Source: the human T2T-CHM13v2.0 reference genome, Homo sapiens. Taken from it: a stretch of DNA of 64,000 nucleotides. The notes beneath the pieces were generated by a model that saw nothing but the letters and a program-made list of their open reading frames with translations, was not told the DNA's origin and ran no database searches. The stretch lies in the NCBI RefSeq assembly GCF_009914755.1, contig NC_060926.1. The stretch is one strand, 5' to 3'. Within the stretch, counting starts at the first letter, position 1, and each line of letters begins with the position of its first letter. The position numbers and the translations under genes are program-made. Positions 1 to 13,522 of this stretch are shown in pieces.

Positions 1-1799
1 AGAAGTGTAATGAATATCCTACTTCTGGGTTGAAGGGTATGCATGTTTTAAAGAGCTAGAGAAATCTTTAAACATTTTATGAGAGGGAACAATAAAATTA
101 AGATCCTGTTTTTGAGGCATAAATCACAATCCAGATTAAATGGATGGCCAGAAAACATTTATATTTTCTGCTGGAAATCCTAGGAGTCCAAGAAAAGGAA
201 TTATGTGGGGGAAAGAATAAAAAACTGAGCTGTAACATCAGTGTGACGAGATAGGAATGTGGGAGAGCAGAAGAATATTGACTTGCTAGTGCTTGCAGTG
301 AGGTTGGAAAATGTTGACATACACGATCATACTTGGTGGTACTATCTATATTTACAGGATTAAGAACTACTCCAGAATAAATAGAGTAGTCCAACAAAGT
401 GGACACAAGATTAGTTACATAGTATTAATTACATGGCATTAAATTTATCTATGCCTAAGAAATTTCAGGTTGCACCTGCTGAGTTTTTGTGTGTTTCACA
501 GAAAATATGAAGTTTTGTGGTGTTGGTGGAGGCAGTTTTTCACTCTGAGTTCAGTTGATGAGGAAGGCTCTATTAAAAGAGTGGGGATGAAATGCATGTC
601 AAGTATCAGGTTTCAAGTAATTTATGTCTTATTTTGTTGTGTGATTTTGACCTGCAGTTTTTCTACTTATACCTTTGCTGGTGAAACATGATGAGTCAAA
701 CATGCTGTGTAAGCACCATTACACCATTTACTGCTCCATGTGCAATCCGATCACACCTCCAGCTCTGTAAGATGTAGCCATGGCTTTCAATTAAATTACC
801 ACACTGACATAAATCTGATTTTGGACTGGATTTCATGTGTTTAAAATATTAAAGCACTATTTACCAATCCCTAATGAGAAGTAATCAAATAATTCAAACA
901 GCAGTACAAATACTTATATTTAACTATAGATAGAGCCAAATTAAATAGAAGTACATCTTTCTTTATGAGAAAATATGTTCAAACATACCTCAGAAATACT
1001 CACTCTGTTCTATTCAGTTAAAAAGAGGAAAAGTTATAATTTATTTTAGACACCTTTATTTGGGACATTGTCCAATTTGAAAACTAAAGTTATCACTTAC
1101 ATGATACAAACTCCCCCGGAAGAGCGTGTTCTTTTGATGGTTTCCTACATCACAAGGAATAGATAGTCATTCACTTCTCCATCTGGCCTCAGTACCCTAT
1201 GTGTAGCATTAGCGCTGTTTATCATTTGTTTACTGTCTGCAGGTATTCCTTTCCAATGAGGTTGTGGACTTGGCAAAGTCTGGCTCTGAGTCTTAGCTGT
1301 CCCTATTTTCTAAGCTCTTGGTACAAATAGATATTTGAAACTTGCTTATTTAATGCATGCTACATACAGAGGTTTGCAATTTAGTAAACTGTCAAGCTAT
1401 CTAAATGCACCTGATTTCCCAAAAAATGCTCTGTGGTTATTTAGTTTTTATTTTTAATTTCTTGTCTATTTTCAAAGACGGCAAATACAATACCCCATTT
1501 CTCAAAATTTCAATAAGATGCACTACAATTTGTAGGTTAAATGAGAATGTTCCATGCCTGGAACTGAGGAAAGAAAATAATGAATACTACCATTAATAAT
1601 ACTTACTGGAACCTTTTGATGGTGCAGTGCAGTTTGCTCGCCCCTTAACATACAAGTAAGAGAACAGCCCTTAAGGAATGAAGAGTCTAAGAGAAAAAAG
1701 TACAGCATTTCCTAAATTGTGTTAAGGGATTGTGCTGTTTTATCTGGTAGCCACATCAACAGCATTATATGTCTTTGGGAGTTGCTGGGGCACAAAAAG

Positions 1800-1975
1800 G
1801 TAGAGCATAGAGATATCAAATAAAGTCTTAACACCCTCATTCTGAAAGTGACATGTTACTTCCACTCATAGCTCATTGGCCAGAAGTGGTCACATGGCTT
1901 CAACCAGAGTTAAGTGAGAATGAGAAGTCTTTCATGTGCCAAAGAAGGACGAGTCCTGAAGTTGGTGAACATTAA
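1800..1975. mobile_element. Old MaLR LTR fragment (MLT1J/K/L-like)
   Basis: The motif acttccactcatagctcattggccagaagtggtcacatggc resembles MLT1 LTR consensus. Confidence 0.55.
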
Positions 1976-2049
1976 TAACTTCAAAGACTAAAAATGAAAA
2001 AATAACTTTAAATGAATTAACAATTTAAATTATGAAAGTGATAAATGGA

Positions 2050-2390
2050 TAAATGATGATGTTAAAAAATTCAAACAGTATAAAAGAGTATAAAGTGATT
2101 CATAAAAATCCTTCCCCTAATTCAGATATCCCGAATATAGCTACTTTTAACAGTTTTTATGTATCATTCTGGAAATTTTCTATTTTAATTATGTATAAAC
2201 ACATATTATGCACACATGTATAATCATACTATAGATGATACAAAAATAGAATTATGCCATAGATTTTTTCTGGAACATTCACTATTCAAATAAAGTATAA
2301 TGAGCATCTTTCTCTATTAGCATATATTGATATGTCTTATTATTTTTTTATGACTCCTAACTGCATGGTTTTCCATTTTTAAAGACATAA
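2050..2390 (-). mobile_element. Ancient L1 (L1ME-like) 3' fragment; appears to resume at ~3795-3950
   Basis: Degenerate antisense L1ME 3' UTR-like sequence, interrupted by MIR and L1PB insertions. Confidence 0.45.
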
Positions 2391-2417
2391 AATTATATAG
2401 AGAGTATTGGTCTAAAA

Positions 2418-2470
2418 GTGATGATGATGATAATGATGATGATGTGGAGGAGGAGCAGTTGGAGAAGAAG
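2418..2470 (+). repeat. (ATG)n/(GAG)n simple repeat
   Basis: gtgatgatgatgataatgatgatgatgtggaggaggag. Confidence 0.85.
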
Positions 2471-2504
2471 AAAGCAGGTGATGTCTGATATCAGACCAGT
2501 GCTA

Positions 2505-2712
2505 TTGCTGTGGGCCAGGCTCTGTACTAAGCACTTTATGAGCAGTATCCTTTTCACTCCTCACAACTTTAGGATGTGCAAGTTAGGTACTATTATTATC
2601 ACCATTTCCCAGAGAAGGAAACTGAGGCATAGTGAGGTTAAAAAAATTGCTCAAAATTGCATAGCAAGGAGGTGACAGAACAGGATATGAAAGATATATT
2701 TCATCTCCAGGG
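2505..2712 (-). mobile_element. MIR SINE
   Basis: MIR core in antisense: attattatcaccatttcccagagaaggaaactgaggcatagtgaggttaa. Confidence 0.85.
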
Positions 2713-2734
2713 TATGAGACTTAAGTTTAAAAAA

Positions 2735-3784
2735 AGCTTTATTTATTTCTAAATATAATTTCAACTTTTATTTTAGATTTAGGGGGTACACATACAGGCT
2801 TGTTACATGTATTTCATTTTTATTTATGGCTGTGTAGTAGTCCATGGTATATATACACCAAATTTTCTTTTTCCAGTTCACCACGGATGGGCATCTACAT
2901 TGATACCATGTCTTTGCTACTGTGAATGGTGCTATGATGATCATGCAAGTGTACGTGTCTTTTTGGTAGAATGATTTGTCTTCTTTTGGATATATATCGA
3001 ATAAAACATGTCACATAGTATATTGTGTGGTGCTGAGCTTTGGGGTATGATTGATTCCATCACCCAAGTACTGGGCATAGTACCCAATAGGTAGTTTTTC
3101 AGCCCTTGCTGCCTTCCCTCCCTCTTGCCTCTAGTAGTTCCCAGTGTCTGTCATCACCATCTTTATGTCCATGAGTACCCAGTATTTAGCTCTCACTTAT
3201 AAGTCAGAACATGTGGTATTTGGTTTTCTGTTCCTGTATTAATTTACCTAGGATAATTACCTCCAGCAGCATCCACGTTGCTGCAAAGAATGTGATTTCA
3301 CTCTTATTCATGGCTGTGTAGTATTCCATGATGTATATGTAATGTACTACATTTTCTTTATCCAATCCACCATTGATGGGCACCTAGATTGATTCCATGT
3401 CTTTGCTATTGTGAGTAGTGCTGCAGTGACCGTGCAAGTGCATGTGTCTTTTTGGTAGAATGATTTGCTTTCTTTTGAATACATATCCAGTAATGGGATT
3501 GCTGGATCAAATGGCAGTTCCATTTTAATGTCTTCGAGGAATGTCCAAACTGCTTTCCACAATGGCTGCACTAATTTACATTCCCACCAACAGTGTATAA
3601 ACATTCCCTTGTTTTCCCCCAGCCTCACCAGCATCTATTATTTTTTGACTTTTTAGTTAATAGCCGTTCTGATTGGTGTGAGATGGTATCTCATTGTAGT
3701 TTTGATGTGTATTTCTCTGCTGATTAGTGATGTTGAGCATTTTTTTCATATTTCTTAGCTCCTTACATGCCTTCTTTTGAGTAG
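2735..3784 (-). mobile_element. 5'-truncated L1PB-type LINE (3' UTR plus ORF2 C-terminus) carrying an extra internal copy of one segment
   Basis: L1PB 3' end ttagatttagggggtacacatacagg. ORF 3347..3634 has L1 ORF2 C-terminal [14 protein letters not shown] and PFDPAIPLL. Decayed TSD tgagactt(t)aa at 2715 and 3785. Confidence 0.9.
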
Positions 3785-4449
3785 TGAGACTTTAAATTTT
3801 GATGCATATTTCAAAAGTCCTCTCCAAAATTTTGACACCATAATATGATGAAGAGTGCCTGTTTCCCTACACCTTAATCAAACTTGAGGTGGTTTAAACT
3901 CTGTCATCTTGACATGTGAAAAATTCTCCTTTTAAATGCTGTGTTGGTTTGTGAGTACCTCCAGAGCTATGAATTGGAACATGAAGCAAGAAAGATGCTA
4001 GACACTTCTGGTACATTCTACTTGTTTTACAAGAATTGCTTACATTCATACTAAGGGAAAGGATTTGACAAGGTGATTAATTTGTCTTTTCTCTTACCTA
4101 ATTGTTCATTTACCACTCATTTGAAGCAGAGTTCCTTTCCAGTGTCAGCATCAACACCATTGTTGACCATTTGGTTATCTTTCGCTTTGAAGATTTAGCA
4201 AGGAATAAGAAATATCATTTCCCTGGATTCTGAAAAGTGTTAATTATGAAAGTAGATATTCAGGGTTATGGGTTGCTCTGTGCTGTGGGCTGTATCCTGA
4301 AAGCCACACAGCAAAGGCATGATCTATTCATTTCTGTGTGTGTGTGCGGGTGGTTGAGTGGGTGGGTGGATGGTACGGAGGGAGCATTTAAAGAAGAGGA
4401 TCATGGCAAGGGCCCATCTTAACCAAGTCTGAGGGCAGTGCTGAAGTTA

Positions 4450-5090
4450 ACAATTATTTATTGAGCAACTACTGTATACCAGATCCTATGCTGAACACTA
4501 GAAATACAATGAGAACTAAAAGAAGCACTGTCTCTACTCTCACAGAGCTTATAGTTTGATGAAAGGGACAGAACATAATTAAATTAACGTACAAGCAAGT
4601 GTCAGCTGAGCCAAGAGACAAGCGGGAATAGTACATGATATTGTAAGAGCCTATGAATAGTCATAAATTTCTTCCACAAGGGAATGATATTTGCATTAAG
4701 GCCTGAATGATGAGGAATCCTTAAAAAGTTTCCTTTCAGAGAGGATCACATTTGTTACCCATAGACGACCTGCCTGAAGACATGACAGTTAGTGCTGGGA
4801 GTGTTATTGTCATGGTCTGGAGAGAGACAGTAATTGCTGAGGTTCAGGTGTTGGTAATAGAAATAAAGGGGAACACAGTCAAGAAATGTTTAGGAGAGTA
4901 AGTCAACAGGACTTGATGGCATTGATTTGGGTGGTAAGGAAAGGAGCAGTGTCAAAGATGACTCCAGGTCCCTGGCCTATATTCTTGGTGGTGCCATTCT
5001 CAGTTACGGGATAGAACTGCATTTGGGCGATGGGCATTATGAGTTTGGTTTTGGACAAATTTAACTTTCAGTGTCTTTGAGACACCAAGA
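4450..5090 (-). mobile_element. L2 LINE 3' fragment
   Basis: tttattgagcaactactgtataccag... L2 3' end in antisense, followed by degenerate L2 body. Confidence 0.7.
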
Positions 5091-5714
5091 AGACAGGAAC
5101 CTTATCTTGTCACTCAATGCCTAGAGTGGTGTCCTGCATTTCAATAGGTACTAAATTAACACATTTTAAAAGTAATTAAATGAAGATCTTTCTTAATAGC
5201 ATTTGACATTTTACTCAAGTAGGTTTTACACAGTTCATATTTTTTTTTCTATATTGTTTCATCTCTTTTGTTGATCAAATGGGATTCCACTCCTCATCAC
5301 ATTCTCTAATGGGTTATTATTCATTATTTATTTTAAATTACTGCAATGAGCTACTTAATATTCATATTTTTCTAATGGATTTTCAATCCTCTAGATTCTT
5401 ACAGATTTCATTATTTGAAAATAAAGATAAACTTGCCTCATTACTTTTTATTAAAAATACTTTTGAACATATATAATTTAATCATTCCCGTGACTAAAGT
5501 TCAAACATTCTGATGAACTTCTTTCCCTAGGTAAACCAGCATATAACTTTGTAGTAGAACAAAGTTACATTCCATTTCGTTATAAATTCCTTTAGAAAGA
5601 CAAGTTTCAAAAATTATTTCTCTCAAAGTGTATCATTGTGACACCACATTAAGAAAAATCAAAGATAAATAATAGGACTATGGATCCTGCAAATTTTGCC
5701 AATGCCTGAAGACA

Positions 5715-6720
5715 TATTCATACATTCATTCATTCATAAATATTTATTGAGGGCCTGGTACATACCAGGAACTATTTTCTATGTTCTGGGGATATAGCAG
5801 TAAAACAACAACAACAAAAAAACATATAAACTCTCTCCCATGATGGAACTTATATTTTAGTGCGGAAGAACAGAAAATAACTAAGACAAATAAAGAAAAC
5901 ATATGATTTGTTAGATACTGATAGTTGCTAAGGATGAAAAGATAGTAGGGGAGGGGAATATAAATTGTCAGGGAGGAATGACAACATTTTAGATGGGATG
6001 GCAAGTGAAGGCCTCAATGAAAAGATAACAGTTTATTTGTTATCTTTGATAACAATGAAAAGATAACAGGTTAGATAAGATGAGGGACACACCATCTGGC
6101 CTTCTGGGAGGCAATTCCAGGTAAGGGGGCATGTTCAATGCAATGGCAAGAAGGATCTGGTCTGTTCTAGGAATGTGCTGTGGTCTGTGTGCTTGGAACA
6201 GAGAGATGGGTGAGTAATCAAAGAACTCAGAGATGTAATGAATATGGGTGGTGAGGTTGGGGACAGATAATTCAAGGCCTTGGGTCATAGTAAGGACATT
6301 GGCCTTTCCTCTGAGTGATATCAAAAGCCATAAGTAGAATTGAAGGAATAATAGGATGTAACTTATGACTGAAGAGGGTCACTCTGCCTGCTGTATTAAG
6401 AATGGACTGCAGGAGGGCAAGGATATCTGTTAAGACCTGTTTTAATAGACCAAACAAGAGATAATGGTGGCTCAGGTCAAGTTGGTAGCAGTGGACATGA
6501 TGAGAAGTGGTTAGACTATATATGTATTTTGAAGGTAGAATCAACAGGATTTCCTAAATGATTAAATATGAAATATGAGAAAAGAAGTTAAGTTAATGAT
6601 GCACCAAGGTTTTTGGCTTGAGTAACAAAGGATAGAACTGCCCTTAAGCAAGATGGGGTAGACAGTGGGATAAATGGTATTTTTATTTTGGATGGAGGGG
6701 TTGGTTATTAAGAGCTCAGT
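5715..6720 (-). mobile_element. L2a LINE 3' fragment
   Basis: (CATT)n tail cattcattcattcataaatatttattgag followed by ~1 kb of typical antisense L2 sequence. Confidence 0.85.
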
Positions 6721-7014
6721 AGTAAAATTAGAGCAGTAGAACTTTAAGGATGGGCAGATGAGTCTTACAGGGGTTTACCACTCCATTCATTCCTCAGTCC
6801 TTACCCTTAAGACCCCCATGATGGCAATCCACTGATGACTGGGTAGCATTGAAGGAAAATGTCAAAATGGTCAGGGGAAAGGAAAGACAGCCTAGCCATC
6901 TGCTTCTGTGTAAAAGATTTAGCTAAATTTACTTATCATGATGGCATTTGTTGCCGAATTGCAGAATGTGTTATTATTCACAGATAAACCCTTTATAAAG
7001 ACTAAGCTTTAGTC

Positions 7015-7240
7015 ACCATTTTATTTATTTATACAATAAATGCTTACCAACTATCTAATCTGGGCCAATTTCTGTGCCAGGAATTGGGGTTAACAGAGAA
7101 GTATAAGATTTGGTCCTTGGCCTAAAGCAGTTCACAGCCTGGAGGGCAGAGATACATAAATAAAAGATGAGAGGTATTATTACAAGAGCATGGTCCCAAA
7201 CTATAAGATTAGAGAATAGAGGGCAATGAACTATCAGGTG
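7015..7240 (-). mobile_element. L2 3' fragment
   Basis: aataaatgcttaccaactatctaatctgggcc...ggtccttggcctaaagcagttcacagcctggaggg. Confidence 0.55.
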
Positions 7241-8784
7241 GGCTGGGCTGTGTATTTCTCCTTTTCTATTTAATTCTGAGATTCTGTTTTATTGGTATTC
7301 TTATTTTTCTTTGTGAATCAGAGGTTTAACTACTAAGAGTTTGCAGGGTAATGTATCATAAGACTCTATGTTGCCTGAGCTGAATTTCCTTCAGGACTTG
7401 CAAAATCTTGGGTCATGGGATTCCAACCTAAGATTAAAAAAAAGTCCAAAGTTTCTGTTCCTTGTTTGTAATTCTCTTAAATACGATTATCTAACTTCTT
7501 CTCTAAGTGCCATGACAAGGCAAACTTTTCTAAAAAAGGGGTACCTATGTGTAACTTGAAGGTACTGTTTGTGTTCTTTGTAACTGGGTACTTGAGAAGT
7601 ATGACTAGTAATTTGCAGCAGTGAGCAGTTACAAGAACTTTTTCTGTTGGCGAAGAGTTGAAGATACCTGCATATATTGTATTTTGTTGTTTATCCTTTT
7701 GAAGGGCTCCATAAGCACCATCATTCATTCTGTGGAGCATGCACTTTGTACCTGTAGCAATTTCCTTTTCTGTTTTTGGTGTAGACTAGACATCCAACAA
7801 GGTTCAGCAGACTTGACTGTTGGTTGTTATAGGGTGGTGATAAACTTCTTAGGTTTGGTAGTAAAAGATTCACTGAAAGAGACAGTCCGTCTTTCTGCCT
7901 TTAAATTTATACAGCTATAGCAATTGCTTCTGATTCATAAAGGACAGCTTGTAAATTGTCTACTGAGCCTAAGATTGTCTCATCTTTGAGCTATTTTCTT
8001 TTCAGAGTCTTCTGATTTCTGAAAAATAGAGTGTAAGGAAAAGAAGGAAATTCATGGGAAAATAAAATGATAAGTGATATTTATTAATTTATTTGTATGA
8101 TTTTTAAGTAGCTATGCGAGTCATTTTTCATGGTTGATTTGTGGGGACCAACCATTAGGTTTGTGTCTGGGGCAGGTTAAAAGGAGACTTCACCCCACTG
8201 AGTTTGTGTTTGGGGAAGTGTGACTTTGCTTCAGTGCTCCACCACCCTTACCAAGCCCACACCCCTGCAGCTACCAAGAATTATAGAAGTAGTGGCTTAG
8301 TGTTCTTCCTATCCAAAGTTCTCCTCCCACCACCTCCCCATCTGGAGCTACCCTATGACTTCTGCTCCATTATCCACTCAATCTACCTAGTTTGGCTAGA
8401 GTCACATGCTTAAGATTAGTTTGTGATGACTTCTAATGAAATAATTTTGCATTGATAACAAAGAAGCTTCTTTAAACACTGAAGAGAGCAAGAAAAGGTT
8501 AGATCAAGAAATCAGGTATTTAAAAATATGTAATGATATTCTTTTTTTTTTCCTGATTGCTTGTGAACCTGGGGTATAGTATAAATTAAACCAGATCATG
8601 CTTGCCCCTGGACTATTTTTATAATAAACTCAATTTAAAATCTTCAACTTTTTATTTCCAATTTTGAATTTTAGTTATATTCAGCAAGATGACATGATTG
8701 AAACATGGCACTTGTCCTGCAGGAACTCATGCTTCAGTGAAGCACATTGGTGTGCAATGGTAACAACTATCATAGAAGTCACCA

Positions 8785-9010
8785 TGTTTTAGGTTTTCAT
8801 TAAGTGCCAGGCACTCTACTTGAGTTTTTTTTTTTTTTTGACTTTTAGCCGCTCCTCACAATACTTGTGCAAGGTTGTAAATGGTTTTCAAATTTAAGAT
8901 GAGAAAACTGAGGTTCATGGAGGTCTAGTCACTGGCTCAAGATGACAGGCAGTAAGTGGCAAATTAGGGTCTAATATTCAGATTATCACATTCCATGTCT
9001 TGTGCTCTTG
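8785..9010 (-). mobile_element. MIR SINE
   Basis: aagtgccaggcactctact...agatgagaaaactgaggttcatggaggtctagtcactggctcaagatgacaggcagtaagtggc. Confidence 0.8.
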
Positions 9011-9499
9011 TGACACATTGCTTTCAAATACAAAGAAAATCCGTATTTCTGGAGCAATGTGAAATGGGTTGATGTGCTTTTGTGTTTATTTGGGTGCCAT
9101 AAATTAGGAAAAAAATTTCTACACAGTATCCTGATTATATTGTTTTGATTGTTGTTTAACACGGGATAAAATAAGTTGAGTTCAGTTTTCTAGGAAACTG
9201 AAATAGGAGGGCAAATAATATTATATAATTTTAGCAAGCATCTGAAACTTACCGAAAGATGTCATCTTCTCCAGGGTAGTCATGTTGGGAAAACTACATT
9301 TAACCCAGTTATATTTGCCACTGTTCAAAACTTTTTTGTCCCTTTTTATTGTAATTTTCTTTGGATTTATTCTTTTATTCTTCACATAACTAAATTTTAT
9401 TGTTTTGTGATCAAAATTATTTTTATTTAAAAGAAGACTTGGTCGATTTAACATCAAACTTGGCTCTGAATAAACTTTGGATGTTTACAAAAATAAAAT

Positions 9500-10340
9500 C
9501 CACCATTTAAAGAGGACTAATGGCTATATTTGACATTTAAAACAACATGAGGAAGGCTCTGATGGCAATTCCATAAAAATTTCTTGAGCAATCAGTAGAA
9601 TCAATGTAAGGTTTTCCAAAGTCACTACTTGGAAGTGGGCAACACTTGCTTATTGGTTTGCGTTCTTATATTTTCAATGAGTGATTGATTATATTATGTA
9701 TCATCCAGGCAGATTTCCTGCAAGGCGGTAACAACTTGAAGTGTTCACAACTGAAGTGTTCTGGTGTGTGTATGTGTGCGTGTATGTGTGTGCTTCTTTC
9801 AGTGTCACCTCTCATAATCCTGGTCCAGTAGCACCTTCCAAAAGATCAGGACTCATTACCAAAAAAAAAAAAAAAAAAAAAAAGAAAAAAAGGGAGCAAG
9901 TGAGAGCAAGAGCAAGAGAGGGAGAAAGAGAAATCATCAAAATGAGGAAGTAATTCCTCTAATTATCAGAAACAGGAGCAAAGTAACAATGGCTGCAAGT
10001 TACCTCCCCACGGGGGAATGAATCATCAAAATAACTGGTGGAAAACAAGGTTGTGCAACCTTGACTAGTGTGTGTCACCGGCTGGTGGAATTTTTAGAAA
10101 GGAGCAGTTTGGGTTCATCACTGTGGTTCGTGATTGCACACACCTGTTTGGGGCATGGATTTTGCAACCCCCCAAAAAGGGGAAACTGAACTTGCTGCTC
10201 CTCCTGAGCTGTGTAAAAAAGCAGAAAACCACAGCTGCTTGAGCAGTTAACAGATATCAGTAAAATACCCATGTTACATAATTAAGGATAACGTTCTTGA
10301 AGCATATGGGCCGGAGGTATTATACTCTCATTAAAACTTT
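9500..10340. promoter_or_regulatory. Candidate enhancer / conserved non-coding block
   Basis: No recognisable interspersed repeat. Clustered TTATCA (9963), SOX AACAATGG (9985), EBF-like TCCCCACGGGGGA (10005) and AP-1-like TGAATCA (10019). Motif inference only. Confidence 0.3.
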
Positions 10341-13050
10341 AGGTAACAAACAATTTAGCATATTCTCACACATTTCTAGGGTTGAATTCTATAATAAATG
10401 TTTGTAATTAGATATGCTTTAAGCAGTTTATTAAATAATACATGAAGAAAATGGTTGATGAAATATAGACGATTCTGAGGTCTGTGTACAAGTGACATAG
10501 AGGCATTGAGATGAGACATAAAAAATTTCTTCTCAATGACTTGATAACTAGTCACTTTGGGCAGCTTAAGTAAGACTCATTCTTCAGGCCAGCCTGTCTG
10601 TAATGTTAAATAAATAGGAATTAATGACTTTGGATTTTTTCTTTTCTTTTAAAGTACATTATATGTAGCAGTCTTCTTTGAACTGCTACTCCTAAATAGG
10701 AGGAGGTGCTTTTGACCAGAGCGTTACAAAAATCTCATGCACTTTATTCTGGCAGGAATAGATCAGCTTGATAGGGAATAAAAGGGATGGATACAACCAA
10801 ACATGACCTAAATCGACATTTAAAAAATCATACCTTAGCCAACAGGTTCTGTTATTTATAAGTTTGAGAGGAATAAGGAAGAGAAGTCTCTTGAGAAAAA
10901 CCAAGGCAGGTGTTTGCTCCCTGGGGAAGTGATAGGAAACAGGCCTCTAAGATGATATTACATGCAGGAAAGAAATTCTTTCAGTTCTGTGTCTCTGTTT
11001 GATATTCAAGACAGCTAATAAATGATCAACAATTCTACCTGCATGAGGAGCGTGTGATCTATGGAAAATGAACTTGGATAATCCTAGAAAGTACCCAAGG
11101 AAAGAACGCCCATTTCCTTAAGCCATTGAGGTCATCTAGATATTTTGTTTTTCAATGCACACAAATAAAAAAGCCGGTAACAGAACAAACATGAAATTTG
11201 GAATGCCTTCTAGAACATACATGGGGAAACTGGCAAGGTTGACATAGCTTTTACTGATTTGTCTGTTTTAGTAGGTAAATGGGGCTGCCAGTCTGGCAGT
11301 TTGCATTGGCAATAAATCACCACTAGACATTTTATTTAAAAATTGGCACTGGCTTGGCGGAGGTAAGGGATTGTCAATTTGTTTTTATTTTGAGGCCAGG
11401 CACAATCATAACATACACAGGCCACCTGGAAACTTCAGCCCACATGGAGAAGCATGGCTCATGTCTCTGTGGCTATATTTTTGCATGCTTGGAGAGTGCA
11501 GAGTTAGATCAGAGTCTGAAGAGTCTAACCAGAAAGATCCTGGCAGACTGGTACAGCCTGGAGACATCCCTGTTGGAAACCAGGTTTGTTCTAGAATTAC
11601 TATGTAGGAAGGGTATCATAGATATGATATTGGAGAGAACATTTGGTGGTTTTCACTTTTATTGAGTGTGGAGGGAGACCCACAGAGCTCATGCAGAGCA
11701 CACAATGTGTGCATTCCAAAAATCACTCGAATATTAAAGGATTGGGTAGCTCGCTCTTTTTTTTTTTTTTTCCTGACTTATTTTGCTTGGAAGTTCAGAT
11801 TCAAACTTGTGATAAATTGAGTCATGGTTTTGAGAGGAAAAAATATACTGAAGTAGGGGATGATGCAACCACTGTCCTCATGTAAGCAATGATAGATGTT
11901 CTTTCTTTGAAAATCAGTATAATTAAAAGATAGTAAGATGGAGAGAAGAAAAAGATTACCTTAGACACTTGTAACTACTCCAGTGGAAATAGTTGGGAGG
12001 AATCCCCTAGTTTTCCTCTGATTCTTGATTTTCTGAATATCCTTCAAGGCTTCACAATATTGTTGAACAATTTTTTTTGTTTATCCATTTTGAAAATATG
12101 AGAATTATTGCATCAGGAAAATTATTTTGCAAATATATTGATTTACCGAATTACCAATCTTTTTGTCTCTGTTGACATATATTTATAAATCTTAATTGTA
12201 CTTTATATTGTTACTATGCAAACTGCTAGAAAGGATCTGGTTAAGATAGAGATGTGCTGACTTAACCAGAGCCTCATGAATAATTAAATTTGCTCACTTT
12301 CTGGAAATACCCAATTTGCTCTTGATACACAAATATTTGAATTGGATTCAACTTGTCTCTCAGATTTTTTCCCCCTCCTGGATTTCATATATATAATTTT
12401 GATGACACTGTCTATCAAAAAAATAGGAAAAATATACGCTACGGTTTCTGCTTGGTAAAGTCATTCAAAGTGATATAAAATGTCAATAGCAAACAAGGAC
12501 ATCATTCCAATGATATGTCGAGACACCTGGCAGATTTCCTGGTATTTGGGACATGGGAGTATTTAAAGATACGTGGCATTAATTAGTCACAAACAGTTGA
12601 AGCATCAAATATCTAACTTAATAAGATTTTTCTTTGTTTGTTTTCAAATATGTAATGTTAGACTCTTTAGCAAATATTTCCAAATTTCTATTGTGAATGC
12701 AGTGAGATCTGCATATCTTACACCACAATGTCCCACCAGTTGCCTGCCTGTAATTGACAACATTCATGAAATTAAAAAAAGAAAAGTAGAAAACTGAGAA
12801 ATCCCCCAAAGCAGTCACTTGAAAAAAATCCCACAATTCTGCCAGTTTGAGCACATTCGATGCCTGTACTAAATGTCGTATCGGCAAATCTTCACTCAAA
12901 GAGATCAAGATGCAGCGTATACAAGACTGAGGATGAAGCAAAGTGTTGAAATAGCTTGGGTAGCCTCCAAAGCAATGTAGGTAATTAGCAGGTGTTTATA
13001 TTTTTCATGTTGATTTGCCCACAGATAATGTTTTGAAAATAGTAATGTAG

Positions 13051-13522
<472 letters not shown>

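Noticed and set aside
7990-8040. Possible micro-exon (ttttcttttcag ... gtaagg), and a similar lone acceptor at ~43923
   Set aside because: Splice-like motifs alone are too common; lncRNA exons cannot be called without transcript data.
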